NCBI GenBank assembly: GCA_017651165.1
Contig: JAGCDH010000010.1
Span: 17,658 to 81,657, forward strand
Reading direction: 5' to 3'
Length of the DNA: 64,000 nt
DNA from: Bacilli bacterium
Lineage (GTDB): Bacteria > Bacillota_I > Bacilli_A > RFN20 > CAG-826
Both the position numbers and the translations under genes were made by a program. Positions 25,169 through 35,131 of this stretch are shown piece after piece; the first letter of the stretch is position 1; each line of letters starts with the position of its first letter. The notes beneath the pieces are model-generated. The model saw only the letters and a list, made by a program, of their open reading frames with translations, was not told the DNA's origin and searched no databases.

Positions 25169-26329
25169 CTATTCTTGATCTTGAGTTTCTTTTGGTTCTT
25201 CGCCTTCTGGTCTTTCGATGCCAATCTTTTGCATTAAGTCATCGACTAACTTTTTGGCGCGACGATATGAGAGGTCGCTCTTCACGCGGAGCATGCATGG
25301 GAGATCTTCATATTTCTTGGCTTCGGCCTTTTCAACTGGGATTGTGGAATCAGCATAATCATCAGCGTTAAGGTTGATGTAGACACGAATGTGTTTACCA
25401 ACGATTGTCACGAAGACATAACGTTGTCTCTTATAGGAGAATGTATCACCTGGGATGGAGATACGGTTTCTGAGACCATACCATTTGATGTAGTCACGTA
25501 AGTCATAATATTTATGACGAATGTCATATTCACTGTTCTTTAAGCGGGTTTCGAAGGAGGCTCTTCTTCTCTTACCATTGAATCCTAAGCTATTATCAGC
25601 ATTTCCTTCTGCTGGGGCTTCTTCTTCCTCTTCTTCCTCTTCCTCTTCAGGTTCTTCTTCTGGTTCTGGTTCTGGTTGAGGAGCTGGGGCTGGTTGATCA
25701 CCATGTAATTCGTCAACGTGTTCCGCTAAATATTTTTCAACGATAGCGCGAACTTCTTCTTCGCTTAAGCCGTTACCAGCACAAACTGGTTTTTCTTCGA
25801 ATTCATCTTCTTCTTCGCCGCCCATTCTCTTAATGGCGTCATAGCTTTCTTTCAAGAGATCGCTGACAGCAAGACCTAAGAAGAATATGGCGAATAAGGT
25901 CATACCTGTGACCACAGCCATAAAGATCATTGGTAAGGTTTGCATGACACCGAGTTGAACCATTGGGACAACAAGGATGAAAATGAATGGTAAGTACGCC
26001 ATTGCGGCACCCAACATTAATGATGGAATGATATAGAAATATCTCTTTCTAGCAATGGATAAGTATAAGCAAGCAATGGTAACAACAATCGCTACCAAGA
26101 CGAGCACTAATCCAATGTAGCATGTCTCATGAGCAAACTGTGCTGGTTTCCAAAGCAAGAAGAAGTACTTAATGGAAGCACGTAAGCCATAAGTAAATGA
26201 ATGACCATGGAGTGTTCCGGTTCCACCATCCATTAAGCTGCTAATACCGAATAAACCGGTAATGACTAAAGCGGCGAAAAGAAGGATAGAACCAATAATA
26301 GTTGAACGTTCAACCTTTTTCTTTTTCAT
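25169..26329 (-). CDS. Hypothetical membrane protein (N-terminal ~5 TM, acidic E/P-rich linker, basic C-terminal domain)
   Basis: 386-aa ORF. The linker reads PAPAPQPEPEPEEEPEEEEEEEEEEAPAEG. No family recognised. Confidence 0.55.
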   Translation of the reverse strand: MKKKKVERSTIIGSILLFAALVITGLFGISSLMDGGTGTLHGHSFTYGLRASIKYFFLLWKPAQFAHETCYIGLVLVLVAIVVTIACLYLSIARKRYFYIIPSLMLGAAMAYLPFIFILVVPMVQLGVMQTLPMIFMAVVTGMTLFAIFFLGLAVSDLLKESYDAIKRMGGEEEDEFEEKPVCAGNGLSEEEVRAIVEKYLAEHVDELHGDQPAPAPQPEPEPEEEPEEEEEEEEEEAPAEGNADNSLGFNGKRRRASFETRLKNSEYDIRHKYYDLRDYIKWYGLRNRISIPGDTFSYKRQRYVFVTIVGKHIRVYINLNADDYADSTIPVEKAEAKKYEDLPCMLRVKSDLSYRRAKKLVDDLMQKIGIERPEGEEPKETQDQE

Positions 26330-26560
26330 AATATTCTCCTTATTATTTAATTATAATTTAGGTCTATTTTATTTAGATTTCAAGATACACGGGCACATTA
26401 TTTTTATTTTTTTCGCATTTTTGTGTGACAAGAACCGCTTATTTGTCCTATTTTGAGTTTTTTAAGACACGCATCCAGTATTTTTATAAAGCGCTGTTTG
26501 TTTTGGGTTTTTGGCAAAAAACTAATTAATTTTATTAATGATATTCGCTATCATATAAGC

Positions 26561-28234
26561 ATGTTAATCAAATTAAAAGTTCAGAACTTTGCGATTATTG
26601 AAGATATTGAATTAGATCTTAAAAATGGCCTTACTGTTTTAACTGGTGAAACCGGCGCTGGTAAGAGTTTAATTATTGACTGTATTGGCTTACTTCTTGG
26701 TGAAAGAGCGGCCTCGGAAATGATTAGACAAGGTGAAGAAAAGGCCACCGTGGAAGGTGTTTTTGATAACGATAGCCCTTTACTAAGAGCGACATTAGAA
26801 AAACTCAACATTCCTTTTGATGGCGAATTAGATATTAAGCGCACTATTTCCACGCAAAGAAACGTCATTAAGATTAATGGTGAAACAGTTTCTTTGGGTG
26901 ATTTAAATAACATTGCTCTCTTACTTGCGGATATCCATTTACAATTCGATTCCGTGAAGTTGTTCGCTAGTGAAAACTATTTATCAATGGTCGATGGTTT
27001 TAGTAAAAGATTAATTGGTGAATATTTAGATAAATATCGTGCCTCATTAGACCTTCTTAAAAAACAAAATGTGTGTTACCAAGATTTAGTCAGACGTATT
27101 GAAGAATTTAATAAGAACCAAGAAGAGTACGCCTATGCTTATCAAGAAATAAACGCTCTTCAACTAAAAGAAGGCGAAGAACAGGCGATTGAAGCGAGAA
27201 TCGCACTTTTATCCAACTACGATAAAATCTACGCTCTCAGCATGGAAAATAAGGAATTAGCGGATGGTTCTTCGTTAGAAGATATCTATCGTATTAAGCA
27301 AAACATTGAATCACTAGAAAAATATGATCTTGATTACCAAGATTTTAATAAACGTCTAAGTGAAGCATATTATGAAATCGAAGATATTTATTCTGAGCTT
27401 AAAAGAAAAGCGGATAATCTCGATTATGATCCAGCGGAACTAGATACATTAATCGAAAAGAGCCGTGCGATTAATTCTTTGAAAAAGAAATATAACAAAT
27501 CCTTTGATGAACTAATTAGCTACGCTGAAGAGTTAAAAGAATTATTAAAAAACAAAGAAGATCAAACAGTTTTATTAAAAGAAGAAAAAGAAAAACTCAT
27601 CAATGCTTATCAAGAAACCTATCAAAGAGCCCTTGATGTTCATAAGATTAGAACTGATATTGCTATCAAAATAGCAAAAGAAATAGAAAAATCATTAGGT
27701 GAACTTGGTTTAACATGTCGCTTTGAAGTTGATGTCACCGCTAAAGAAAACCAAAACGATTTATCTTTAGATTTATTTAACGAAAACGGTATCGACTCTG
27801 TTGAATTCAATATTGAAACAAACTTAGGTGAGGGCTTAAAACCATTAGCCAAAGTTGTTTCTGGTGGTGAGCTTTCACGTGTCATGCTTGCGATTAAAAT
27901 GCTCTATGTCAAAACACATCATATTGAAACCATCATCTTTGATGAAATCGATACTGGTATAAGTGGAGAAATCGCTAGTAAAGTCGCTAAAAAGATTAAA
28001 GAACTTTCATACGCTCATCAAGTTATTACTATTACGCACCTACCACAAGTGGCGTGCCTTTCAGACCACCACATTCGCATTAATAAAGCCGTTATTGATA
28101 AACGTACCTATGCTTCTGCTAAGGAACTTAATTTAGAAGAAAAGATTTACGAAATTGCTACTTTGATTTCTTCTGGAAAAGTCACTGAAAAACAACTCGA
28201 ATACGCCAAAGAGTTGGTTATGCAAGATAAGTAA
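26561..28234 (+). CDS. recN: DNA repair protein RecN
   Basis: MLIKLKVQNFAIIEDIELDL, Walker A GETGAGKS, a long coiled coil, and a C-terminal SGGELSRVMLA and FDEIDTGISG. The start is moved from the TTG at 26453 to the ATG at 26561. Confidence 0.9.
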   Translation: MLIKLKVQNFAIIEDIELDLKNGLTVLTGETGAGKSLIIDCIGLLLGERAASEMIRQGEEKATVEGVFDNDSPLLRATLEKLNIPFDGELDIKRTISTQRNVIKINGETVSLGDLNNIALLLADIHLQFDSVKLFASENYLSMVDGFSKRLIGEYLDKYRASLDLLKKQNVCYQDLVRRIEEFNKNQEEYAYAYQEINALQLKEGEEQAIEARIALLSNYDKIYALSMENKELADGSSLEDIYRIKQNIESLEKYDLDYQDFNKRLSEAYYEIEDIYSELKRKADNLDYDPAELDTLIEKSRAINSLKKKYNKSFDELISYAEELKELLKNKEDQTVLLKEEKEKLINAYQETYQRALDVHKIRTDIAIKIAKEIEKSLGELGLTCRFEVDVTAKENQNDLSLDLFNENGIDSVEFNIETNLGEGLKPLAKVVSGGELSRVMLAIKMLYVKTHHIETIIFDEIDTGISGEIASKVAKKIKELSYAHQVITITHLPQVACLSDHHIRINKAVIDKRTYASAKELNLEEKIYEIATLISSGKVTEKQLEYAKELVMQDK

Positions 28235-28798
28235 TTATTTAAGTTTTAAGCCTTCTCTAAAAGCAAGCGCTACATCATCGCCTAGAGCGACATATTTTGC
28301 TCTGATTGGATCGAAGGTAAGTGCGTGTAGTTTTTTAGGATCAACTTTATCGTCTGAAAGTATACTTTCATCAGCGCTAACATTGATGATTTTTCCAACG
28401 AAGTTGCCACCGCCTTCGCCTTCGTTCATAACTTCTACTAATTCGCATTCTAAAATTAAAGGATAGTTAGTAAAGATAGGAGCGTTAACAAATTTGGATT
28501 TTTCGGATTTTAATCCTGCTTTAGCAATTTTGTTTGGTTCTTTGTTTTGAGAAACAATGCCAACATAATCGCTTTCAGTAACAGTTTCAGCGGTCGCAAA
28601 GGCAATGGTAAAAGCTTTATTCTTTCTAATGTTATCTGTGGTCTTGTGGGCGGATAAACAAATCATGATTTGATTATAATCAAATATACCACCCCAAGCC
28701 GCATTCATAGCGTTAGGATTACCATTTTCATCATAGGTACCAATAATTAAAACTGGCATTGGAAACATCCAGGTTTGAGGGCCAAAATCTTTACGCAT
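28235..28798 (-). CDS. Flavin reductase-like (FMN-binding split-barrel) protein
   Basis: MRKDFGPQTWMFPMPVLIIGTYDENGNPNAMNAAWGG is typical of the flavin reductase domain family. Confidence 0.7.
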   Translation of the reverse strand: MRKDFGPQTWMFPMPVLIIGTYDENGNPNAMNAAWGGIFDYNQIMICLSAHKTTDNIRKNKAFTIAFATAETVTESDYVGIVSQNKEPNKIAKAGLKSEKSKFVNAPIFTNYPLILECELVEVMNEGEGGGNFVGKIINVSADESILSDDKVDPKKLHALTFDPIRAKYVALGDDVALAFREGLKLK

Positions 28799-29957
28799 TG
28801 TCTTTCTCCTTACTATCAATGTATTGTTTCAAGCGATTCATCGCATCTTTCACATTATTTAATGATGTAGCAATATTAATTCTTACTTTATATGCGCCTT
28901 CTTCGCCAAATTGAAGACCCGGACTTAAGATGAGTCCTACTTTCTCTCTTAACTCTTTGACGAAAAGATCACTTCTAATATTTAAAGCAGATATATCAAG
29001 CCATAAAAGATATGTAGCAGGACCAGATACTAGTCTCAGCTGAGACAAGTTATCTTTGATAAATGATGACACATACTCTCTATTTTGATAGAGGTATTGA
29101 TTTAATTCATCAATGTACTCTGCGCCTTTTGTATAAGCGGCAATTGTCGCAGGAACGGCGAAATAATTTGGTTCACCAATATCATCGTGATAGAAAGCTT
29201 CTTGTAAGAGTTTACGATATTCTTCGTTTTTAACAACAATAACCGCAGAATGAATGCCTGCTAAGTTAAATGCTTTACCTGGTGAAATGCAGGCAATCGC
29301 GGATTCATTAACGCTTAGTGCAGAGCAATACTCGTATCCAGGGTTAACGATGTCACAGTGGATTTCATCGGAAATAAGTGTGACGTTATATTTATCACAG
29401 ATATCAGATAATTGCGTAAGCTCTGATTTTGTCCATAAACGGCCCATTGGATTATGAGGATTACAGAAGATCAGGGCTTTAACATTTTCCACTTTAATCT
29501 TTTCCTCAACTTCTCTGAAGTTAATTTGGAAACTATCACTATCAATGCTTAATGAAGAGGTCACTACTTTCCGATGGTTATTTCTAATAACGTTATAAAA
29601 GACATGGTAAACAGGGGTTAAAACCATGACACTATCATTCTCTTTAGTTAAGACACGAATCATTGAATCTAAAGCGGAGACAACACCACTAGCAAAGATC
29701 ATCCAAGAAGGATCTATTTCAACGTGGTGTCTTGTGAGCCACCAATAACGATAAGCCTCAAAATAATCTTTTGTGGGATACGTGTAACCATAACCATTAT
29801 TTTTGGAAGCATCTATGATGGCTTCTTGAATTTCAGGCATTGGATAAAAGTCCATATCTGCGACCCACATTGGTAGTTCGCCCGGTTTAACATCCCACTT
29901 GATGGACGAAGTATTTAAACGATTTGGTAATTGATCAAAATTATATTTCATGGCCAT
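28791..29957 (-). CDS. PLP-dependent C-S lyase / aminotransferase class I-II (MalY/PatB type)
   Basis: 388 aa. The N-terminus YNFDQLPNRLNTSSIKWD is characteristic of MalY/PatB. Confidence 0.8.
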   Translation of the reverse strand: MAMKYNFDQLPNRLNTSSIKWDVKPGELPMWVADMDFYPMPEIQEAIIDASKNNGYGYTYPTKDYFEAYRYWWLTRHHVEIDPSWMIFASGVVSALDSMIRVLTKENDSVMVLTPVYHVFYNVIRNNHRKVVTSSLSIDSDSFQINFREVEEKIKVENVKALIFCNPHNPMGRLWTKSELTQLSDICDKYNVTLISDEIHCDIVNPGYEYCSALSVNESAIACISPGKAFNLAGIHSAVIVVKNEEYRKLLQEAFYHDDIGEPNYFAVPATIAAYTKGAEYIDELNQYLYQNREYVSSFIKDNLSQLRLVSGPATYLLWLDISALNIRSDLFVKELREKVGLILSPGLQFGEEGAYKVRINIATSLNNVKDAMNRLKQYIDSKEKDNA

Positions 29958-30810
29958 CTCTGAAGATTATTCTAACATCGCCTTTTTTGGCGCGAGTATT
30001 TTCATTAACAATTAAGTATTTAAGATTACCTAATAATCTAATAATGCCGCTTGTTGGATTCTTGATAGAATCAACATCATCAATAATTGTTGCGTCGATA
30101 TTTGAACAGTATTCTAAGCACAATGTTGAATCAGTTAACTTGCAGTTAATTAATCTTAATCCATCAATGTAACAAAGGGCTTGTAAGGAAGAAATCTCAC
30201 AGTTAATAAAGGTGAGATTTTTACTATTCCAGCCTAGGTATTCGCCAATGATTTTGGAATTAATAACTGTAACGTTTTCTGTGTTCCAAAAAGCATCCTT
30301 GGAATTGAGTGTGGAACTTCTCACTGTGACGTTTTTAGCGCCGTCTAAGAAATAGTTACCATCAAGCTCTAAACGATCGACTTCTCCCCCATCAGTGCCC
30401 ATCATGAAATAGTTACCGGCGGCTTTGACGTTATCGAGTTTGACGTCTTTGCAAAACCACAGTGTTTCATCAGCGTGATTTAAGATGCATGAACGAAGAT
30501 AAATGCGACTAGATTTTCTAAATGTTTTTGGTGCATCAATTGTGCAACTTTCCATCTTGATATTATCGGTATACCAGATACCACTTCTCGCAGTGGGAGA
30601 TAGATATGATTCTTTGACTTCAATGTCACGCGCATACCAAAGTGGATACTTCCATTCAAAACTAGTTTTGAATATTTCGAGATTAAAACTTTCTTTTAAT
30701 GGTGATTCACCATCAAAAAAGCGTGCTCCTTCGATATAGGTATCTTTAAGCACGAATAAGGCTCTTTCGCCTGTATATTCTCCGCCGATGATTTGATAGT
30801 CTTTTCCCAT
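29941..30810 (-). CDS. DUF3737-like beta-helix repeat protein
   Basis: 289 aa with repetitive beta-helix-like segments. The family call is from memory of the N-terminus GGEYTGERALF..L.......F.DGESPLKE. Confidence 0.5.
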   Translation of the reverse strand: MGKDYQIIGGEYTGERALFVLKDTYIEGARFFDGESPLKESFNLEIFKTSFEWKYPLWYARDIEVKESYLSPTARSGIWYTDNIKMESCTIDAPKTFRKSSRIYLRSCILNHADETLWFCKDVKLDNVKAAGNYFMMGTDGGEVDRLELDGNYFLDGAKNVTVRSSTLNSKDAFWNTENVTVINSKIIGEYLGWNSKNLTFINCEISSLQALCYIDGLRLINCKLTDSTLCLEYCSNIDATIIDDVDSIKNPTSGIIRLLGNLKYLIVNENTRAKKGDVRIIFRDGHEI

Positions 30811-30846
30811 GGTTTTATTTTAATAACTTATGTAATTAATTACCAA

Positions 30847-32376
30847 TTAAATGCTTTTATTACGGTAGTATTTTTCAAAGAACAACATGTGATACTTTGA
30901 AGGATTGATTTTGTGCGTTGTGGGATCATAAGTGTATTCTGTACCACCGGAATAGGAAGTTGTTCCTTCTTTAACACCACTGCTTTTGATATAAAGGTTG
31001 TTAAAGAAATCACCAATCTTCGCTAAAAGATTATGCTTTTTCCAGAAGAAATAATCATAGCTTTCATATTTGTTTAACTGTGGTTGCACTTGCACTAGTT
31101 GTTGTCTTTCTTCTGCGGTGAGGTATGTACCTGAGGCCATCGAACGCATTAAATAGAAGTATCTGCTATAAGCAGAGAATCTTAAGAATGGATGATCACT
31201 GTTTAAGCAGACATAGAAAGCTAATTGGTTGGCTTCGTCTTCTCTCATCACGCCTTTGGTGTGCGCTAATTCATGAGCAACAGTAAATGGTAAATCACCG
31301 GTTGGGATAAGAGTGTCAATATTAGCCTCTCCAAGCGGTGAAAAAGTCACGCCTGTAATTTGGAATTCACGGTATAAGAAAGACGATAACATAGGCTTAA
31401 CTGAACCAAAATGTGAATTGTAATAAGAATTACCTTTGATGATGCTGTAAGACTTTTTCACTTCTGAGGCGATTTTTTGTAAAGACATTGGTTTTTTGAT
31501 ATCGCCATTCTCTTTAAATTCTAATTGAGATGTGCAGTAATTAACGTCTTCCGCGAAATAATTAAAAATATCAACATATTCTGTTCTTTCGACATCAGCG
31601 GAATAATAAGGGAGAGGGATTGGCTTCCTATTATAAGCAGCTTCACAGGACATTTGATAAGAAGTCACCACGACAATAAACATAATGCCAATGTCTAATA
31701 ACTTAGTGCCCGCTTTGATGAAGCGATGTCTTTTCAGATATTTAACAAAGAACACTAGGAAGACGACTGTTAAAGTAAGTATTGTGACAAATAATAATTC
31801 AGTTAAAGAGATAAATGAGAAGATACCACTGATGAATGATGCTACCGCACCATACCATCTGGCCACAGTGCGTGAAAAGCCTTCGGCGATCTCAGGATTC
31901 TTTTTAAGAATCATTAAGACCACAAATAAGATAATAAAGAAAAGGAATACCGAGCCCTTGACGATTAAAGGCACCCATTTTTTAAAGCCTTTTGGTTTAT
32001 CGATATAGTTTCTCCAACCACGAGAATAGGTAATGTCTTTTTTACCTTGGATGATTTCTGGTGTACCAATCACACCATAAACTTCTTCTTTATTCTTGAG
32101 TTTGATTTTATCAATAGTTAAGCCTTCTGGCTCTTTAGCTAAGACGGCATCCATCCCTTCTTTAGTTAGCTCGTAAACTTCTACTTCGATGGATTTACCA
32201 TGCTTGCCTTTGACCATGGCGGGATACTTATCATCAATACTATAAAGGCGATAGGCTTTCTCTGTTTTACTTTTTTTAACAAAAGTAGCGCCTACCTCTT
32301 TTAGATTATTCTCAAGTTCTAAACCGCGCATCAAAGTGCCGTTGACCGCTAAAAGGACTTTTTCTTCTTGTTGCAT
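30847..32376 (-). CDS. Fusion protein: GGCT-like (AIG2 / allophanate-hydrolase C-terminal-like) domain, TM segments, then a DUF3810-like putative zinc metallopeptidase domain
   Basis: The N-terminus is LLAVNGTLMRGLELENNLKEVGATFVKKSKTEKAYRLY. Four TM helices follow. The C-domain carries HELAH within TVAHELAHTKGVMREDEANQLAFYVC. Confidence 0.6.
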   Translation of the reverse strand: MQQEEKVLLAVNGTLMRGLELENNLKEVGATFVKKSKTEKAYRLYSIDDKYPAMVKGKHGKSIEVEVYELTKEGMDAVLAKEPEGLTIDKIKLKNKEEVYGVIGTPEIIQGKKDITYSRGWRNYIDKPKGFKKWVPLIVKGSVFLFFIILFVVLMILKKNPEIAEGFSRTVARWYGAVASFISGIFSFISLTELLFVTILTLTVVFLVFFVKYLKRHRFIKAGTKLLDIGIMFIVVVTSYQMSCEAAYNRKPIPLPYYSADVERTEYVDIFNYFAEDVNYCTSQLEFKENGDIKKPMSLQKIASEVKKSYSIIKGNSYYNSHFGSVKPMLSSFLYREFQITGVTFSPLGEANIDTLIPTGDLPFTVAHELAHTKGVMREDEANQLAFYVCLNSDHPFLRFSAYSRYFYLMRSMASGTYLTAEERQQLVQVQPQLNKYESYDYFFWKKHNLLAKIGDFFNNLYIKSSGVKEGTTSYSGGTEYTYDPTTHKINPSKYHMLFFEKYYRNKSI

Positions 32377-32422
32377 AGCAAGATTATAACAATTGTGGGG
32401 ATAATAAAAAAGAGATGTTTGC

Positions 32423-34759
32423 TCATCTCTTCTTCTTTGGTTTACTCACTAAGATATCATCAGATAGTTCAAATTCACCGTTTTTGATTCTATCCATGAT
32501 GTCTTGATAGCTTAATGGTTTGCCGTACAAGTAGCCTTGTAAACGACCACAGCTCGCTTCTTCAAGGAAGGCGGCTTGTTCCATTGTTTCAACACCTTCA
32601 CAAAGTGTCTTCATACCGATTTGATCCGCCATTGAAATAACGGATTTAATTAAGGCACGGGCTTTATTATTATCACTAAAGCCTGTTAAGAATTTCATGT
32701 CGAGTTTTAAGACATCGAATTCATAGTCTTTTAAGACGTTGAATGAGGAATAGCCACTACCGAAATCATCAAGCCATGTGGCAAAGCCTCTTTCATGGAG
32801 ACGATTGATGGTAAGTTTTAATGTATCTTCTTCATCCGTTAAAGCGGATTCAGTAATTTCAATGTGGAGTAATTCGTGAGGAACCTTGTATTGTTCCACT
32901 GTTTCAGTAACGACTTCGACGATATCGATTAAACCAAAGTCCGCTCTAGAAAAGTTGATGGAAACTGGTAGGACTGGTAAGCCGTTATCTAAGTTATGAC
33001 GGATGTCTTGGCAGACGAGTCTTAAGATTTCTTTATCTAATTTGTAGATAAGTCTTGCATTTTCTAAGGCTGGAACAAACTTTGCAGGAGACATAAATCC
33101 ATACTTTGGATCAATCCATCTTGCTAAGGCTTCCGCACCACATAAGCTTCTACCTTTGGACCACACGACTGGTTGATAGAATGCTTTGAGATAACCCTTT
33201 TCAATCGCTTCATCGATATGAGTGACAATATACTGCACCATTAAGTAGTTATCGTGCATTTGTTCGTCGTAATAAAGGATGCGTTCACCGCTATTCTTTT
33301 GCTTTAATGCAGAATAAGCATATCTTGCTTTTTCCACAGCGTAGTGAGGATCATCGTTTGGATTATATACTTCGTAAGCACCAACCATGATACCTGGTTT
33401 GATATCTGGTTCAAGCGCTTGAATTCTTTCATTAATGCTATTAATCTTTTCTTCAATGTCTTTGTTATAGCAGAAGACCACAAAGTGATCGTCAGATTGA
33501 CGACAGACTAAAGCGAGTTCATTAAATGTTTCACTAATGATTTGACCAATGGTCTTTAAGAACTCATTACCTTGTTCAAATCCCTTTTGATCATTATAAA
33601 CTTTAAAGTTTGTGACATTGATAAATAGATACACGCTGTCGCTCTTTTGAATGTTGTATCTATCAATACGTTCTTTGACTTGAGTTGTGAAATATTCAAA
33701 GCCTAATAAACCTGTAAGTTTATCTTTAGTGGCTAATTCTTCTAACTCTTCGTCTTTCTTGGCTTCTGAAATACGCTGGTTATAAATGGAAATACAGACC
33801 ATTGTCAGCGAGATATAGAAAGTAATGTAATTGATTCTATCGCCATCTGGAAGCACTCTTCCACCTAATTTGGCGACATGGTTTATCGCAAAGAAGAATC
33901 CTAGGAATAAGACGCCTAATAGGCCGATGGAAATAAGAGGATTCCAAATTAATAAGCAACCAACATAAATGGTAAACATTAAGAAGCAAATCATCTGCTT
34001 GTTATATTTATCGTTACCAATGAAATCTTTATAAATTGGCTCACCTGTTTCACTATTGGTACCAATCTGGAACGTGGTAACAGCCGAATTGGTGAAATCG
34101 CTATAGGAAACCATGACACCAAATGTCAAGCACACCAAGGCGAATAAGGAGATGACCATGACCGAACTAACAGATTCTCTTCTCCCGCCTTTATAACGGT
34201 AGATTGACGAGAAGATAATACCAATATCGAACATAATAATTGCGGCATAGAAAACAAGTCGCAAAATACTATATATCGTGACGGCATTCATCTCTGATGA
34301 AAGAGAAATTGACTCTATGCCTTTTTTAAATTCAAGAGGTAAGAAACAGCAAATAAGTAAAGAAACACCCGCTGCCACAATCGGAATGATCATTTTGCTC
34401 AGTGTTTTCTTTTTGCTGATGTACTGTAAAGAATACACAAACATAGCCATACCAAATGACATTAAGACAAAATAGATGGATGTGTATTTATAAAGAAGTT
34501 CAAAAGCAGATAGCCCGACTTCTTTAGGTTTTAAGTTAGCAGGATCAATAATTTTAGGAATGGCATATTCTTTCATTTGGCGAATTACTAGCCAAACTTC
34601 CAAAACGAAAATAACGAAAGCCATGAAAACTGCAGATTTCATGTTTGCTTCGTTTAAATAGCCTTTGACATATTTGGAGTTTTTGCGGATACCAAAAATG
34701 TTTAAAAAACCATTCCAAAGGTTAGATAAGAATTTCATTTCACTTTCACTATACACCAA
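32423..34759 (-). CDS. Polytopic membrane c-di-GMP phosphodiesterase (degenerate GGDEF plus intact EAL)
   Basis: 778 aa with about 9 TM. The GGDEF site is degenerate (QSDDHF). The EAL motifs are intact: GAEALARW, DDFGSGYSS, EGVET and QGY. Confidence 0.8.
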   Translation of the reverse strand: MVYSESEMKFLSNLWNGFLNIFGIRKNSKYVKGYLNEANMKSAVFMAFVIFVLEVWLVIRQMKEYAIPKIIDPANLKPKEVGLSAFELLYKYTSIYFVLMSFGMAMFVYSLQYISKKKTLSKMIIPIVAAGVSLLICCFLPLEFKKGIESISLSSEMNAVTIYSILRLVFYAAIIMFDIGIIFSSIYRYKGGRRESVSSVMVISLFALVCLTFGVMVSYSDFTNSAVTTFQIGTNSETGEPIYKDFIGNDKYNKQMICFLMFTIYVGCLLIWNPLISIGLLGVLFLGFFFAINHVAKLGGRVLPDGDRINYITFYISLTMVCISIYNQRISEAKKDEELEELATKDKLTGLLGFEYFTTQVKERIDRYNIQKSDSVYLFINVTNFKVYNDQKGFEQGNEFLKTIGQIISETFNELALVCRQSDDHFVVFCYNKDIEEKINSINERIQALEPDIKPGIMVGAYEVYNPNDDPHYAVEKARYAYSALKQKNSGERILYYDEQMHDNYLMVQYIVTHIDEAIEKGYLKAFYQPVVWSKGRSLCGAEALARWIDPKYGFMSPAKFVPALENARLIYKLDKEILRLVCQDIRHNLDNGLPVLPVSINFSRADFGLIDIVEVVTETVEQYKVPHELLHIEITESALTDEEDTLKLTINRLHERGFATWLDDFGSGYSSFNVLKDYEFDVLKLDMKFLTGFSDNNKARALIKSVISMADQIGMKTLCEGVETMEQAAFLEEASCGRLQGYLYGKPLSYQDIMDRIKNGEFELSDDILVSKPKKKR

Positions 34760-35131
34760 CTTAAGACTTTTTTTATCTTTTTTTATAGATTTTCATGTGC
34801 TTCTTTGACGTGTGTTTAGACGATGTTGAAAATCTCTCGCATAAATTAAAAGATGGTTACGCGCTTTACATATATTAAAAGTCTGTAACATTTTGCAGAA
34901 AAAATTTTTAATGACAAATTTGCTATCAAAATTCAAATGTATCTTAAAACCATTTTTCTGTATCACCTTTAGGTGAGTTCCTTATCTATTATTTATTTAT
35001 ATATTAAGAAGGGATTAAAACTTGTGGGGTAATAGAAAAAGCGTAAACATTTTTTTACTTTACATAATGTAATTTCCGCACTAACATTATAGACAAAATT
35101 TATTCTTTACGAAAAGGAGAAGAAAAAAGTT

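Noticed and set aside
26330-26560. LexA (Cheo-box) operator upstream of recN, and the 36-codon N-terminal extension from the TTG at 26453.
   Set aside because: No GAAC-N4-GTTC was found. The extension is hydrophobic and unconserved-looking and precedes the canonical RecN N-terminus MLIKLKVQNF.
34760-35131. c-di-GMP riboswitch upstream of the collagen-like lipoprotein.
   Set aside because: The conserved GEMM-I/II core sequences are not visible by eye on either strand. I kept only the observation of an unusually long spacer.
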